From Candidatus Marinacidobacterales bacterium (lineage in GTDB: Bacteria; Acidobacteriota; Vicinamibacteria; Marinacidobacterales; SMYC01): a DNA stretch of 64,000 nucleotides. Position 1 is the first letter of the stretch, and each line of letters starts with the position of its first letter. Where the stretch lies: positions 288,001 through 352,000 of the forward strand of contig OZ250169.1 of assembly GCA_965237955.1 (NCBI GenBank). The letters are read 5' to 3'. The notes below the pieces were generated by a model. The model searched no databases. It was given only the letters and a program-made list of their open reading frames with translations, and was not told where the DNA came from. This document shows, in pieces, positions 10,508 to 20,951 of this stretch. Position numbers and translations under genes: made by a program.

Positions 10508-11740
10508 ATGCCTCTACCCGCCCAACTACTCAATGCTGTGTCTTCACCGGGCGGTGGAAAGATCGCTATCGTGGTGGGTGCCGGTTGTTCGGTTGAAGCA
10601 CCGACGTGCGTTCCGGTGGCACGCGACTGCTCGGTGGAAGTGCATCGGCGTCTCGTTGCGAATGGCGTGCTCCAGAATAGTGACTGCCCTGATCCCACTG
10701 ACCTGTCGCTGGTGGCTGATGCAGTATTCGCGAAGAAGCAGTCGCAGCGAGACGTAGTCGAATTACTTCGCGACCAGTACGACCTAAAGCTGGCACCCCC
10801 CAACGACGGGTACCGCATCGCGGCAGCGATGCTCTGCGAGGGCGCCGTGTCCTCCATCCTTACCCTCAACTTCGACCTTGCCCTGTCGAACGCGCTCAGT
10901 GAGCTTGGTGCTGGGCACATGGTCGGAGTAATTGAGTGCCCAGAGGATTTACCGAGGCAGAAACGCATCAACGTTTACTACCTTCACCGAAACGTCAATG
11001 CGGCGGATCCGGAATCCTGGGTGCTTCGTACCTCCGCCCTCAATGACGATTGGAATAACACTTGGTGTCAGGTTGTCACCACCAGTGTACTGGCGACGCC
11101 CGTCGTAGTGTTCGCTGGAATTGGAAGTCCAGCGAGAGTACTAATCGAGAGCGCGAAGCTGATTCGCACCGTGCTGCCAGTAACGAAGAATCTTTTCCAG
11201 ATTGACCCCGCTGACCGGGCTGTTTCGAAGTCTTTTCAGGAATTGGCACTTGACCCCGGCAACTACATCCAATGTGGATGGATCCGCTTTATGGAGGAGC
11301 TATCCGAACGTCTGTCGACTGAGCAAGTCTTTGAGCTTGAACAAGCAATTAGCCGCAAGGTTCGGGAAGAAGCACTTCTTCAGACCGAAGATGTCACCAA
11401 CCTCCTGGCGTGTTTGCGTAATCTTGGCCTTGTGAAGCTCGGAAAACTTCGGGCACACTGGCTTCTGTACGAAAAGCCGTATTACCCAGTTAACTTAAAC
11501 GGCAACGGGCTGCTAGCCGACCTTCTGTTGGCCTTGGCCATGATAGCCAGAGTGTCGGGCACAGCAGTGATCATTATTGAGAACGGTCTCGTGGAGTTTC
11601 AGCGCGACGATCGAGTCGTCGTCACCTATCTCGTTGCTTCTGGTTGCGGTCACCTGTGCATCATCAATATCCGTCCGCTCCTGAAATCAAGGACTTACGC
11701 ACCGTTCACGCCTCGGCCAACGAGCGCATCTCCCGCTTGA
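10508..11740 (+). CDS. SIR2-like (SIR2_2) domain protein, native C-terminus replaced by IS sequence from 11655
   Basis: IVVGAGCS, ILTLNFD, YYLH, VVFAGIG sirtuin-fold motifs. Confidence 0.75.
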   Translation: MPLPAQLLNAVSSPGGGKIAIVVGAGCSVEAPTCVPVARDCSVEVHRRLVANGVLQNSDCPDPTDLSLVADAVFAKKQSQRDVVELLRDQYDLKLAPPNDGYRIAAAMLCEGAVSSILTLNFDLALSNALSELGAGHMVGVIECPEDLPRQKRINVYYLHRNVNAADPESWVLRTSALNDDWNNTWCQVVTTSVLATPVVVFAGIGSPARVLIESAKLIRTVLPVTKNLFQIDPADRAVSKSFQELALDPGNYIQCGWIRFMEELSERLSTEQVFELEQAISRKVREEALLQTEDVTNLLACLRNLGLVKLGKLRAHWLLYEKPYYPVNLNGNGLLADLLLALAMIARVSGTAVIIIENGLVEFQRDDRVVVTYLVASGCGHLCIINIRPLLKSRTYAPFTPRPTSASPA

Positions 11741-13000
11741 GATCCCGGTCTTGAGACGGCAAACTCTGCCGCCATGCTCCGTGTCCTCATCTTCCTCGTC
11801 TCACTCGGCGCCCGTGCGATCCGGGCGATGTGTCGGCGCCGAGCCGACCTCGTGATTGAAAACCTGGCCCTGCGGCAGCAAGTTACGGCGTTGAAGAAGG
11901 AGCGCCCCCGGCCACCGCTCAAGGACACGGACCGAGCATTCTGGGTTGCGCTCCGAAGCTCGTGGCCAGCGTGGGCGAGCCGGCTCGTTATCGTGAACGC
12001 CGACACGGTCGCCCGGTGGAATCGAGATCGGTTCCGCCGATACTGGGCTCGGATCTCCCGTCCGCGCTATCCAGGTCGACCTCGGATTGATGCCGAGATT
12101 CGTCGTCTCGTCCGCACGATGGCCCAAGACGGCTGGGGTGCACCTCGTATCCACGCTGAGCTGACGAAGCTCGGATTCGTTGTCAGCGAGATGACGGTGT
12201 CGCGATACATGCCGCACCGCCGAGCCGAACCCGACGAAGTGAAGCGATGGATTGCGTTCTTGCGGAACCACAAGGACGACATCGCCGCGATGGATCTGTT
12301 CGCCGTACCGACGGCGTCGCTACGGCTGCTGTACGGCTTCTTCGTCATCGAGCACGGCCGTCGCCATATCTTGCACTTCAACGCGACGTACAACCCCACG
12401 TCAGCGTGGGTGATTCAACAACTGCGCGAGGCGTTCCCATACGACACGGCACCACGATACTTGGTCTTTGACCGCGACGCGATTTTCAGCCCTGCAGTGG
12501 TGGAGTTCATCAGGGCCATGGGCACAAAGCCTGTTCGCATTTCTTATCGCAGCCCTTGGCAAAACGGTACCGCCGAACGCTGGATCGGAAACTGCCGCCG
12601 CGAGATGTTAGAGCATGTAGTTGTCCTCAGTGAGCGGCATCTCGTCCGGCTCATGCGCTTGTACATCAGCTACTACCACGAGGACCGTTGCCACTTGGGT
12701 CTCGACAAAGACACCCCGAACTCAAGACCCGTCACGCCCCGACCATCACCGACCGCAAAAGTCGTCGCGTTGCCGCGAGTGGGTGGGCTCCACCACCGCT
12801 ACGAATGGCGCGACGCCGCCTGAGCCAGTTTAGTCGCTGCGCGTCGATTGCTGGGGTCCCTCGCGATTGCGTTGTCCAGCTCCGCGGCCCATTGATCGCG
12901 TGATCTCGGCAAGTGCCCGCGCGCGCCGACCCGGGTTTCTTCGTTCGTCGTAGGGCCACCAGCGGTACCATTCCCGCTGGATCAATAATGATGAAGGACA
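11655..13000 (+). mobile_element. Complete IS481-like element (TGT...ACA ends)
   Basis: IRs TGTGCATCATCAATAT / TGTCCTTCATCATTAT; 3' part matches 63395-64000 in reverse complement. Confidence 0.85.
11774..12823 (+). CDS. Integrase-core (rve) DDE transposase
   Basis: WGAPRIHAEL HTH; AAMDLF, FDRD, SPWQNGTAERWIG. Confidence 0.9.
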   Translation: MLRVLIFLVSLGARAIRAMCRRRADLVIENLALRQQVTALKKERPRPPLKDTDRAFWVALRSSWPAWASRLVIVNADTVARWNRDRFRRYWARISRPRYPGRPRIDAEIRRLVRTMAQDGWGAPRIHAELTKLGFVVSEMTVSRYMPHRRAEPDEVKRWIAFLRNHKDDIAAMDLFAVPTASLRLLYGFFVIEHGRRHILHFNATYNPTSAWVIQQLREAFPYDTAPRYLVFDRDAIFSPAVVEFIRAMGTKPVRISYRSPWQNGTAERWIGNCRREMLEHVVVLSERHLVRLMRLYISYYHEDRCHLGLDKDTPNSRPVTPRPSPTAKVVALPRVGGLHHRYEWRDAA

Positions 13001-13090
13001 GGTCGGTCAGCCGAGTTTTCTTTAACTTGACAATGCCGCTTGGGTGCATCGGTCGGGACGGCTCGTCCTCACTTCTGCTATGATGCAACT

Positions 13091-13351
13091 ATGAGTACCG
13101 CTCATACCATCCTGGATGAACTCCTCGAGCCAGTCGGTGCTTGTCTTACGCCGGCGGTCGCAGAACGACTAGCGCAGCTCCGTGCACCTGCAGCGGTACA
13201 GGCACGAGTCGAAGAGCTCGCCCTGAAGTCCGAAGAGGGTGCCCTTTCCGACACGGAGCTAGAGGAATACGAGGCGTTCGTGTCCGTGGGCAACTTTATC
13301 GCAATTCTTCAGTCTAAAGCTCGAAGGCTTCTCACAGAACGCCCTGCCTGA
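13091..13351 (+). CDS. Small acidic helical protein, putative antitoxin
   Basis: 86 aa; stop abuts the HNH gene start (TGA ATG). Confidence 0.6.
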   Translation: MSTAHTILDELLEPVGACLTPAVAERLAQLRAPAAVQARVEELALKSEEGALSDTELEEYEAFVSVGNFIAILQSKARRLLTERPA

Positions 13352-13768
13352 ATGGAAGCAGGCCTACGGAGACTCGTCCGCGAGCGCGCGGGCAATCGCT
13401 GCGAGTACTGTGGCATTCATCAAGACCAAGACGCTTTCTTCACGTTCCACGTCGACCACATTGTCGCGAGGCAACACGGTGGGAAGACTGAAGCCGAGAA
13501 CCTCTGTTTGAGCTGTTATCGATGCAATTCTCACAAGGGGCCGAACATCGCGACCATCAATCCCAACACTGGCGAGATCGTTCGGTTGTTCCATCCGAGA
13601 CAGGATGACTGGGGTAAGCACTTCGAGTGGCAAGGTGCTCTGCTTATGGGTCGCACTCCCATCGGCCGAGCGACAGTCAAGCTTCTCGTAGTGAATCATC
13701 CTGATTACGTTCTTCTTCGCGAATCGCTTGTGGAGGAAGGGACCTTCCCACCGAGTCGGACTCCCTAA
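13352..13768 (+). CDS. HNH endonuclease
   Basis: CEYC...FHVDHIVARQHGG...NLCLSCYRCNSHKG, LFHPR. Confidence 0.9.
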   Translation: MEAGLRRLVRERAGNRCEYCGIHQDQDAFFTFHVDHIVARQHGGKTEAENLCLSCYRCNSHKGPNIATINPNTGEIVRLFHPRQDDWGKHFEWQGALLMGRTPIGRATVKLLVVNHPDYVLLRESLVEEGTFPPSRTP

Positions 13769-14172
13769 GGACGAGGTCGACGGGTCTCGGCGCGGACCGA
13801 CCAGAGCGCGTAAGCTCTGGTCACATCGTGGTCGCGTTTTCCTGGGAGCGAGGAAAAGGGCCGAGTTTTGGCACAGGACGCGACCAGCGCGCCGTTGCCT
13901 CGAGGCCAGTCCTTGGTGGGCTCCATCACGATTACCGGTTGTCACGCGTCGCCTGACTGACCTAGCTTCTCGCAGCGAACAACGCGTTCTTTCTCGAGCA
14001 CGTTATTGCGTCGGTGGCCTGGCGGCGACAGCGTTCAGAATTTCCACCGCGTCGAAGACGAGTTCGCAGGACGTTGCTCTCATGGCTGTCTGCCCATCGA
14101 TACGCGATCTTCTTTTTTGCGGATCACAACCTACCTACTAACTCCTTCAGACGGTCTCTCGTGCTGGACGAC

Positions 14173-15288
14173 TCAGGGAGCGGCGGGTCCGATATTTTCT
14201 GCCAGAAAATCTAGCGTTGCAGCGTCGCGGAGTCGACACACGACGTTCTGGTTCGCGAAGATCCCCGGCTTGGTGTACGCATCGGATACGGAGACAGTCT
14301 GAATCCAGCGTACGGCTGCCAGCCACTCGCACTTCTCTGGATCGTCGCAGTTATGCTTCAGGCCGGGTTGGCTGAGTTTTGCGTCGAGTATCGTACCGGT
14401 CTCCCCGACTTTGAAGTCCTTTACCGGCACGGCCTCGGCCACGATCTCACCCAGCCCAACGTATCCCGCGCCTTTCTGATACGCGTAGATCCTGTCTCCA
14501 GGCTGCAGCTTCCGTAGTGAGCTGCTCCATTTATGCCCGCCGCCGGCCGACACGAAACCGTATCGGCGGAAATCCTCCCAGCTTCGCGAGTTTCCTTCGG
14601 CGACGTTTACGTAGAAGTAGCCGGTCCAATCGCCCCGGATTCTACGACGCTGTGCGATACCCTTCTCTCGGATCCGCACTTGGTAGTCGGCAGCTTCGGG
14701 CAACGGGATTATCTGCTGCACATCAAGTAGTACACGGGCTCCGAGTCGGTAGGGCGCAATTCGGATGCAACGGATATCAAGGTCGCGCCCGCTGAGCCAC
14801 ATCACGGCGGTCGTGAGCTCTCGAGAGAAGTCCTGGGCGACTAGCAGGAGTCGAACGTCTGAGGCGAAGCTCTCCTCGTCGACATCGTCCCACGCGAGAA
14901 AATCAAGAATCTCCTGCTCTGGGTCGGTGTCCTTGCCGTCGAGCGTGAGGACTCCACGATAGGCTTCTACCGCTTGCGCGAAGGTCATTGTCGAAACCAT
15001 CGCCGCGTACCGGAGGGCCTGCAATTCCATGTGGCCACCACCTTCGGTTCTCTTCAACTCAATCACCACTAGATTGGCGTTCCGGTCAAGGGCGAGCAGA
15101 TCGATGCGACGGCGACTTTCTTCCCAGTTCCCGTACTCTTCCGCGATCACTAGCAAATCTGGGTCCAGAACATCGATTCGCGACCTGAGAATTTTTTGTA
15201 GGTCCTTCCTCTCCTTTACTCCCTCGGCGATGAAGGAGGTCTCCGGCAGCTGGACGATTTGGTCTTTCTCAAGTTCGAAGATGCTCAC
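14173..15288 (-). CDS. NucS-type PD-(D/E)xK endonuclease with C-terminal EVE/PUA-like domain
   Basis: E...RIDLLALD...LVVIELKR...QALRYA; C-terminal SWEDFRRYGFVSAGGG...LQPGDRIYAY...GYVGLG. Confidence 0.75.
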   Translation of the reverse strand: MSIFELEKDQIVQLPETSFIAEGVKERKDLQKILRSRIDVLDPDLLVIAEEYGNWEESRRRIDLLALDRNANLVVIELKRTEGGGHMELQALRYAAMVSTMTFAQAVEAYRGVLTLDGKDTDPEQEILDFLAWDDVDEESFASDVRLLLVAQDFSRELTTAVMWLSGRDLDIRCIRIAPYRLGARVLLDVQQIIPLPEAADYQVRIREKGIAQRRRIRGDWTGYFYVNVAEGNSRSWEDFRRYGFVSAGGGHKWSSSLRKLQPGDRIYAYQKGAGYVGLGEIVAEAVPVKDFKVGETGTILDAKLSQPGLKHNCDDPEKCEWLAAVRWIQTVSVSDAYTKPGIFANQNVVCRLRDAATLDFLAENIGPAAP

Positions 15289-16048
15289 GGATCACCTCTG
15301 CAAGACACGATGACGCTGCCAGCTTGTCGACCTCACGAATGAACTCCACGTAGAGCGTTGACAAGTAGCTCCCACGCAGCGGTCTTTTCACCATTTAGCG
15401 ACACGTTGTTTGGTGTGAGAGCAACGTTCTGTGAGGAGAGCGTAAGGCGTTGACGGTGTTATGGATGAAAAAGTCCGCCTCGTTGGAGCCGATGCAACTC
15501 GCCGCGTTGACGCTGCATGCTTTATTCTCCCATGTTCCCCAGACAAGACAGGTCGGCTCCCAGCGCGGACGCCAAGCCCGTCTTGCCGCCGCCACGGCCC
15601 AGCGTGAGCGCCGCTGTCATCCCCCCTGGCCGTGCGGACGGCGTTCTCGAAGTCGAAAAATTCCTCTCCGACTGGAGCGACGCGGAACGGCGGTCGCTAT
15701 TCGCACAACTCCAGACCAGACTTGATGATAGGGTGGATACTCTTGCGGGTTATCGACAATGGTGGCCAGTTCTGTGTCACACCTTCGATGCTGATCTTTG
15801 ACATCTCATCGTCGCTGAGGCTCTCTTCATTCCGAAGCTCAACCTTGCAGGATTCAGTAAGTTCATTCTCGCGTGCGGTTTCCTTCTCGAAGAGCTCCGC
15901 AAACCGATCCATACTGAAGTCTGGGTGGCCGGCGTCCGTTTCTGGGAACTCAGCTTGGGCCTGTTTGGCGGCGGCGTCTTCACATGCAACGATGTGTCGA
16001 AATATGCGACGGCGTGATGGCTCATCGAGCCGTTGGACAGGTGGACTT

Positions 16049-16398
16049 GTCCATCATCATTATTAGTCCGGGACTGGACTCCAGGCCCGGAGCGCCCTCG
16101 ATCCCATGCTTGAGAGCGTGGTCAGCGCGCGAGGGAAGATGCTGAGGACGAACTTCTCGGCGACCAGCCGAGTAACGCGAGCGACCAAGCTGACTCAGGC
16201 TGCCTCTCGCCACTCGTATCGATGGTGCAGTCCACTGCCTTGATGAACTCGATGACCGCAGCGTTAAAGATGAAGTCGCGGTCGAAGATGAGATATCTCG
16301 GAGCGGTGTCGTAGGGAAACGCCTCGCGTAGTTGCTGAATAACCCAAGCAGACGTCGGGTGGAACGTGGCGTTGAAGTGAACGATGTGCCGACGACCG
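16049..16398 (-). mobile_element. Deleted remnant of an IS481-like element
   Basis: Right end TGTCCATCATCATTAT at 16049; GRRHIVHFNATFHPTSAWVIQQLREAFPYD fragment; cut by a CGT-type end at 16399. Confidence 0.8.
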
Positions 16399-17104
16399 CG
16401 TCCTGTGCCAAAATTCGGCCCTTTTGAAATAGCGTCCTGAGCGCCTGCGCGGTGTCTTGCCTCCAGGTCGAAGATTGGAACTCTTTTGACCGGAGAGGGG
16501 CAGAAAACCATTCGTGGGCTCCGAATGGAACCCCTCACGTGCTGCTCTGAGATTCCCCCTATCGATAGTTACCACATGGGGAAAACGGCCCGAACAGCCC
16601 CAAATGGCCCGTTGGTGGCCTATTTTTTCCCGTTTCTGATGGTTTCCAGCCAAGAACCCGGATAGCTCCACTCGCCCTCGCTTGAGCCTGCCGACTGCGA
16701 TAGCCGGAAAGGTGTTCCCGTCGACGCCACGTCGGTCGATGAGGCGTAAGATCCGTTAATGGTAGTTATTTACGGCCTGGACCGCCGCCGGAGGGTTTAC
16801 GACACGGCCCTCTTTCAGGCGCCAAGGAGGTTGAGGTTGCCGTCGAGAAAAGCGTATTGAAGCCAATTCGAATTCCGGCTCGAATGGCCACCCGTCCATG
16901 AGGTGTGCGGGGACCGAGCACGTGAAGGCAGCCGTTAAATCACTGTAGAAAAAGAGGATAAAATGATGTGGACACCACGGCTTCTCTGAGTATTCGCTAC
17001 ATTGCCCCAACACGCGCATGGCGAAAAGGGCGATATGACTCGCAAAACTCGCAAAACCCCCCCGTATGGGCCAGGACGTAGGTTCCGACCTGTGCTTCGG
17101 GGTT

Positions 17105-17801
17105 TCCAGCCGAGACCGGATAGCTCCGGACTTCACCATCCGCCACCCAGTCTGGCCAATTGTGGCACTGCAGAGACGGGTGAGATTTTCCGCGCCGTTG
17201 GCGCGGTTTTACAGGATCAGGTGGCACCAGAGACGCGCTAGAAGGACGGAACGGGCCTCATTTTCGGTATTCGTCTCTAATCCCGATTTTCGAGTGCCAC
17301 GTTTGCGCCAAAGGGAGGAGCGGGCCGCTGACAGGGCCATGCAGCGTCGGAAAAGAAGCCCCACCCGAGGGGTCCAGAATCAAGGCCAAGGCTACCGTGG
17401 CGTAGCCGGCTAGCACGTTCTGGTCCAGGTGCGGCCCGGGCCTCCTTGATGTCCATCTTTCCCCAGGCCTGGATCCAGGCCTTCGCCCGGGAGCGTGGCG
17501 TCCCGTTTCTGGACGGTGTTTCCCTGCCACGCACGGGGGAACCCGAATCGCCGGCCGCAACGTCACCCTCCAAGGGGCATTGGTGTCACCTCGTTCGAAT
17601 AAGCGAGTATCTCCACGACCGACTAGGGACAACCCTGGCGTCCAGAACAAATAGGCCGGATATTCGAAAACAGTCGCACGAGCGAGCCTCTCCACGTTCA
17701 TAAGACGCCGGTGGCGTCGGCGGGTCGACCGGTACGGAGCAGCCGATCGTGGCAGGTCTAAACCGTGCAATCAACGCTGGATCGACTTTTTGCGGAGCAC
17801 A
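17105..17801 (+). repeat. Long non-coding repeat family, copy C (longest)
   Basis: Contains the blocks shared with copies A and B; no credible ORF. Confidence 0.8.
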
Positions 17802-17981
17802 ACTCAGGGCACTATCCCCAGCGGGCGTTCCATGGTTGGAAGGGCAACCTACAGATTCGGTATCAGAATCTGCTCGTAAACCCTTTGGCTCCCATGAGCT
17901 GCGGCCAGTGGTGCCAACCTGGTGCCTAGCATATTGGCGTGATCTGCGCGTGCGGGAGCCCAGGGACCCCCGCCGCGAAAT

Positions 17982-20951
17982 TTAGTAGTACGTCCTGATA
18001 TAGCCGTACGCTCGGTCGAACAACTCGGTGTCCTGGTGGAGCTTGTATTTGAACAGAGTTTTCCGTAGCGCCTTCCTGATCTCGCGCTCGCCTGCGTGGG
18101 TGTCCTGCCAGCCGTCGAACCTCACGACGCGGACGATCTCATCGATGTCGGCGACGACGCGCTCGACGATGATTGGCGTTTCACTGTTCTTCACTTCCTC
18201 AAACAGCTCCGTCAGAGCTTCTTTTCCACGCTCCTCTTGCTCGATCGGAGGAGCCACCTGCTCGGCGGTCACGACATCGCGCGCGAGATTGAGCAGTTCC
18301 TTGAGGAAGTCAATGCTGAGCAGCAACCCTTGCTCGTGACGGTTCTTTAGGTCTTCCAGGCGTTCCGCCAGCGCCTTGAAGCGGGGATCGTGAAGGTGCT
18401 TTCGAAGCCGTCTGGCGACCTTGATCTCAATCTCCTTCGACTTCTTCTTCGGATCGGCAACCCCGAGTATCGCTTCGAGGAGGTCAGCATCGACGACCAA
18501 AGTCTCGAGATCGTCCTGCACAGCCTCGACGTGAACGTTCTCATGGATGAGTTCGATCGTCTTCGCGCCAAGCCGGTGCCAGAGCAGCTGTCCCGTGCTC
18601 GAAACCGGTTTGACCGATTCGTAAACCTGTACGGTCCATCGGTAGTCGGTTTCGTACCCACCCAACATGGGGTCGGGTGAGATTGCCTCCCACAGCCGAG
18701 CCAAGTAACTGACGTCGGCCGCGAAGCGGTCACGCACATCGTTGTTCGGCAGACACTGCTGGGCTGACATCAGCCCTTCGTAGCCTGTCAGCGTCCGGTC
18801 GATGCCGGGAAAGTACTCCAGGCACTTCTGGATCGCCTCAGGGAGCCTCTCTTTGAGTTCGGCAATGTTCGAGACCACACGTGTGATGCCCTCTTCATCG
18901 AACTGGATCGCCTGAGCCACGTCGTCGAAGATCCCGAGGTAGTCGACGATCAGGCCGTGCGTCTTGAGCTGGCCATAAGGACGGTTCGTGCGGCATATCG
19001 CCTGCAAGAGGGTGTGATCTCGCAACGGCCGGTCCAGGTACATCGTCTGCAAGATGGGAGCATCGAAGCCCGTCAGCAGCTTGGACGTGACGATGATGAT
19101 TTTCAAAGGATCGTTGGGATCGCGGAAGCGGTCGAGAAGCTTCTCCTCCACGTCGCGGTCGTGCCGGTATGGGAGGTAGCTTTCCTCGCCGCTGTTCACG
19201 GACATGACGATGTCCGACACCTCGGGCGCCAGGTGCTGGTCTAGCGCCTGCTTGTAGAGTATGCAACTCTCGCGGTCGAATGTGACGACCTGAGCGCCGA
19301 AGCCGTTCGGCGCCACTTTCTCCTCGAAGTGTTGTGCGATGTCGGAACAGACCGTCTGGATGCGTTCGGGCGATTTGAGCAGTACGGCCATCTTCGCGGC
19401 GTGTTTCGCCAGCTGATCTCGCTCCTCGTCACTCAGGTCGGCTGTAAGCGCTTCGAATTCTTCGTCGATCTGGGCCTGGTCCACGTGAAGGTCGACCAGT
19501 CGGGGCTCAAAGTGCAGCTCCTTTGTAGCACCATCCCGGATGGAGTCCTCGAAGCCGTACCGGCTCATGTATCCGTTCGCATCCTCCTCGGCTCCGAAGG
19601 CGTAGAAGGTGTTCTTGTCGACTCGATTGATCGGAGTACCAGTCAGGCCGAAGAGAAACGCATTGGGCAGGGCGTCGCGCATCTTGCGACCCAAGTCACC
19701 CTCTTGGGTGCGGTGCGCCTCATCCACCAGCACGATGACGTTGCCGCGCTCGTTCAACACACCGTCGGCCTCGCCGAACTTGTGGATTGTCGTGATGATG
19801 ATCTTGCGGACGTCACTTCCAAGGAGGTTCTGCAGGTCCTTGCGGCTTTGGGCCTTGACCAGGTTGGGCGCGTCTGCGGCGTAGAACGTAGACGAAATCT
19901 GACTGTCGAGATCAACCCGGTCGACTACGATGACCACCGTCGGGTTCTTGAGCGCCGGGTGCAGCCGCAGCTTGCGGGCTGCAAATAGCATGAGTAGCGA
20001 CTTGCCCGAGCCCTGAAAGTGCCAGATCAAACCTTTCTTTGGTTGCCCCGCCACCACGCGTTCGACGAGTTTGTTCGCGCCTTCGTACTGCTGATAGCGG
20101 GCGACAATCTTGATGCGTTGCTTGCCCTTGTGCGTCGCGTACGACGTGAAGTTGGCCAATAAGTCGAGGACAACCTTGGGCCTGAGCATCGACGTGACCG
20201 CCTGTTCGACCTGCGCCATCGAGGGCAGGGCATCGTCATCCTCGAGACGCCACGGGCCCCAGAACTCGACGGGCAAGCGAATCGCGCCGTAACGGTACTC
20301 CTTGCCCTCTGTCGCGACCGAGAAGGCGTTCGGCACGAAGAGCTCGGGCACGTTGCGCTCGTAGTCGTCATGCACCTGGAGCGCGCCGTCGAGCCAGCTC
20401 TGGCTGGAGCGCACGGGCGTCTTCGCCTCAATGAGCACGAGGGGAACACCGTTGGCGAGTAGGACGAGATCGGCCCGCTTCTCGGTCTTGCCGGCACGGA
20501 AGGTGTACTGCTGGGTAACGACGTAATGGTTCTGCTTGAGGTCTTCGAAGTCGATGAGCTTGATGGTCACGTGCTCGCCGTTCTCGCCGAAGGGCATCGA
20601 CTTGTCGCCGACGAGCCAAGCGGCGAATTCCTCGTTGGCCTTGACTAGGCCGTCGCTGCGGACACCCATGATGATCGCCCGAAGCCGGTAGAGCACGTCG
20701 GCGGCGCGATCAGGCTGGGCCGCGATGACGGGGTTCAGGCGGATGAGGGCATCACGGAGGTGGTCCTCGACGAGCGCTTCTTGGGGCTGGCGGGGGAGGT
20801 TCTCGTGGGAGAGGTAGTGCCAACCGAGACCGGAGAGCTGGCCCGCGCGGCGAGCGAGCCCGGGGCCGACGGCGGTGTGATGCGTGACGCCGCCGCAGAG
20901 CAGGTCACGGACGAACGCTTCGACGGTATTGGCTTCGTTAAAGCTACCCAT
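17982..20951 (-). CDS. hsdR: Type I restriction endonuclease subunit R
   Basis: RADLVLLANGVPLVLIEAK nuclease motif; QGSGKS, DEAHR, FGLTGTP, LLTGFD helicase motifs; start overlaps hsdS stop. Confidence 0.95.
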   Translation of the reverse strand: MGSFNEANTVEAFVRDLLCGGVTHHTAVGPGLARRAGQLSGLGWHYLSHENLPRQPQEALVEDHLRDALIRLNPVIAAQPDRAADVLYRLRAIIMGVRSDGLVKANEEFAAWLVGDKSMPFGENGEHVTIKLIDFEDLKQNHYVVTQQYTFRAGKTEKRADLVLLANGVPLVLIEAKTPVRSSQSWLDGALQVHDDYERNVPELFVPNAFSVATEGKEYRYGAIRLPVEFWGPWRLEDDDALPSMAQVEQAVTSMLRPKVVLDLLANFTSYATHKGKQRIKIVARYQQYEGANKLVERVVAGQPKKGLIWHFQGSGKSLLMLFAARKLRLHPALKNPTVVIVVDRVDLDSQISSTFYAADAPNLVKAQSRKDLQNLLGSDVRKIIITTIHKFGEADGVLNERGNVIVLVDEAHRTQEGDLGRKMRDALPNAFLFGLTGTPINRVDKNTFYAFGAEEDANGYMSRYGFEDSIRDGATKELHFEPRLVDLHVDQAQIDEEFEALTADLSDEERDQLAKHAAKMAVLLKSPERIQTVCSDIAQHFEEKVAPNGFGAQVVTFDRESCILYKQALDQHLAPEVSDIVMSVNSGEESYLPYRHDRDVEEKLLDRFRDPNDPLKIIIVTSKLLTGFDAPILQTMYLDRPLRDHTLLQAICRTNRPYGQLKTHGLIVDYLGIFDDVAQAIQFDEEGITRVVSNIAELKERLPEAIQKCLEYFPGIDRTLTGYEGLMSAQQCLPNNDVRDRFAADVSYLARLWEAISPDPMLGGYETDYRWTVQVYESVKPVSSTGQLLWHRLGAKTIELIHENVHVEAVQDDLETLVVDADLLEAILGVADPKKKSKEIEIKVARRLRKHLHDPRFKALAERLEDLKNRHEQGLLLSIDFLKELLNLARDVVTAEQVAPPIEQEERGKEALTELFEEVKNSETPIIVERVVADIDEIVRVVRFDGWQDTHAGEREIRKALRKTLFKYKLHQDTELFDRAYGYIRTYY

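Noticed and set aside
13000-16050. Possible integron cassette array of small defence genes
   Set aside because: No tyrosine integrase and no convincing attC sites; boundaries are explained by IS ends.
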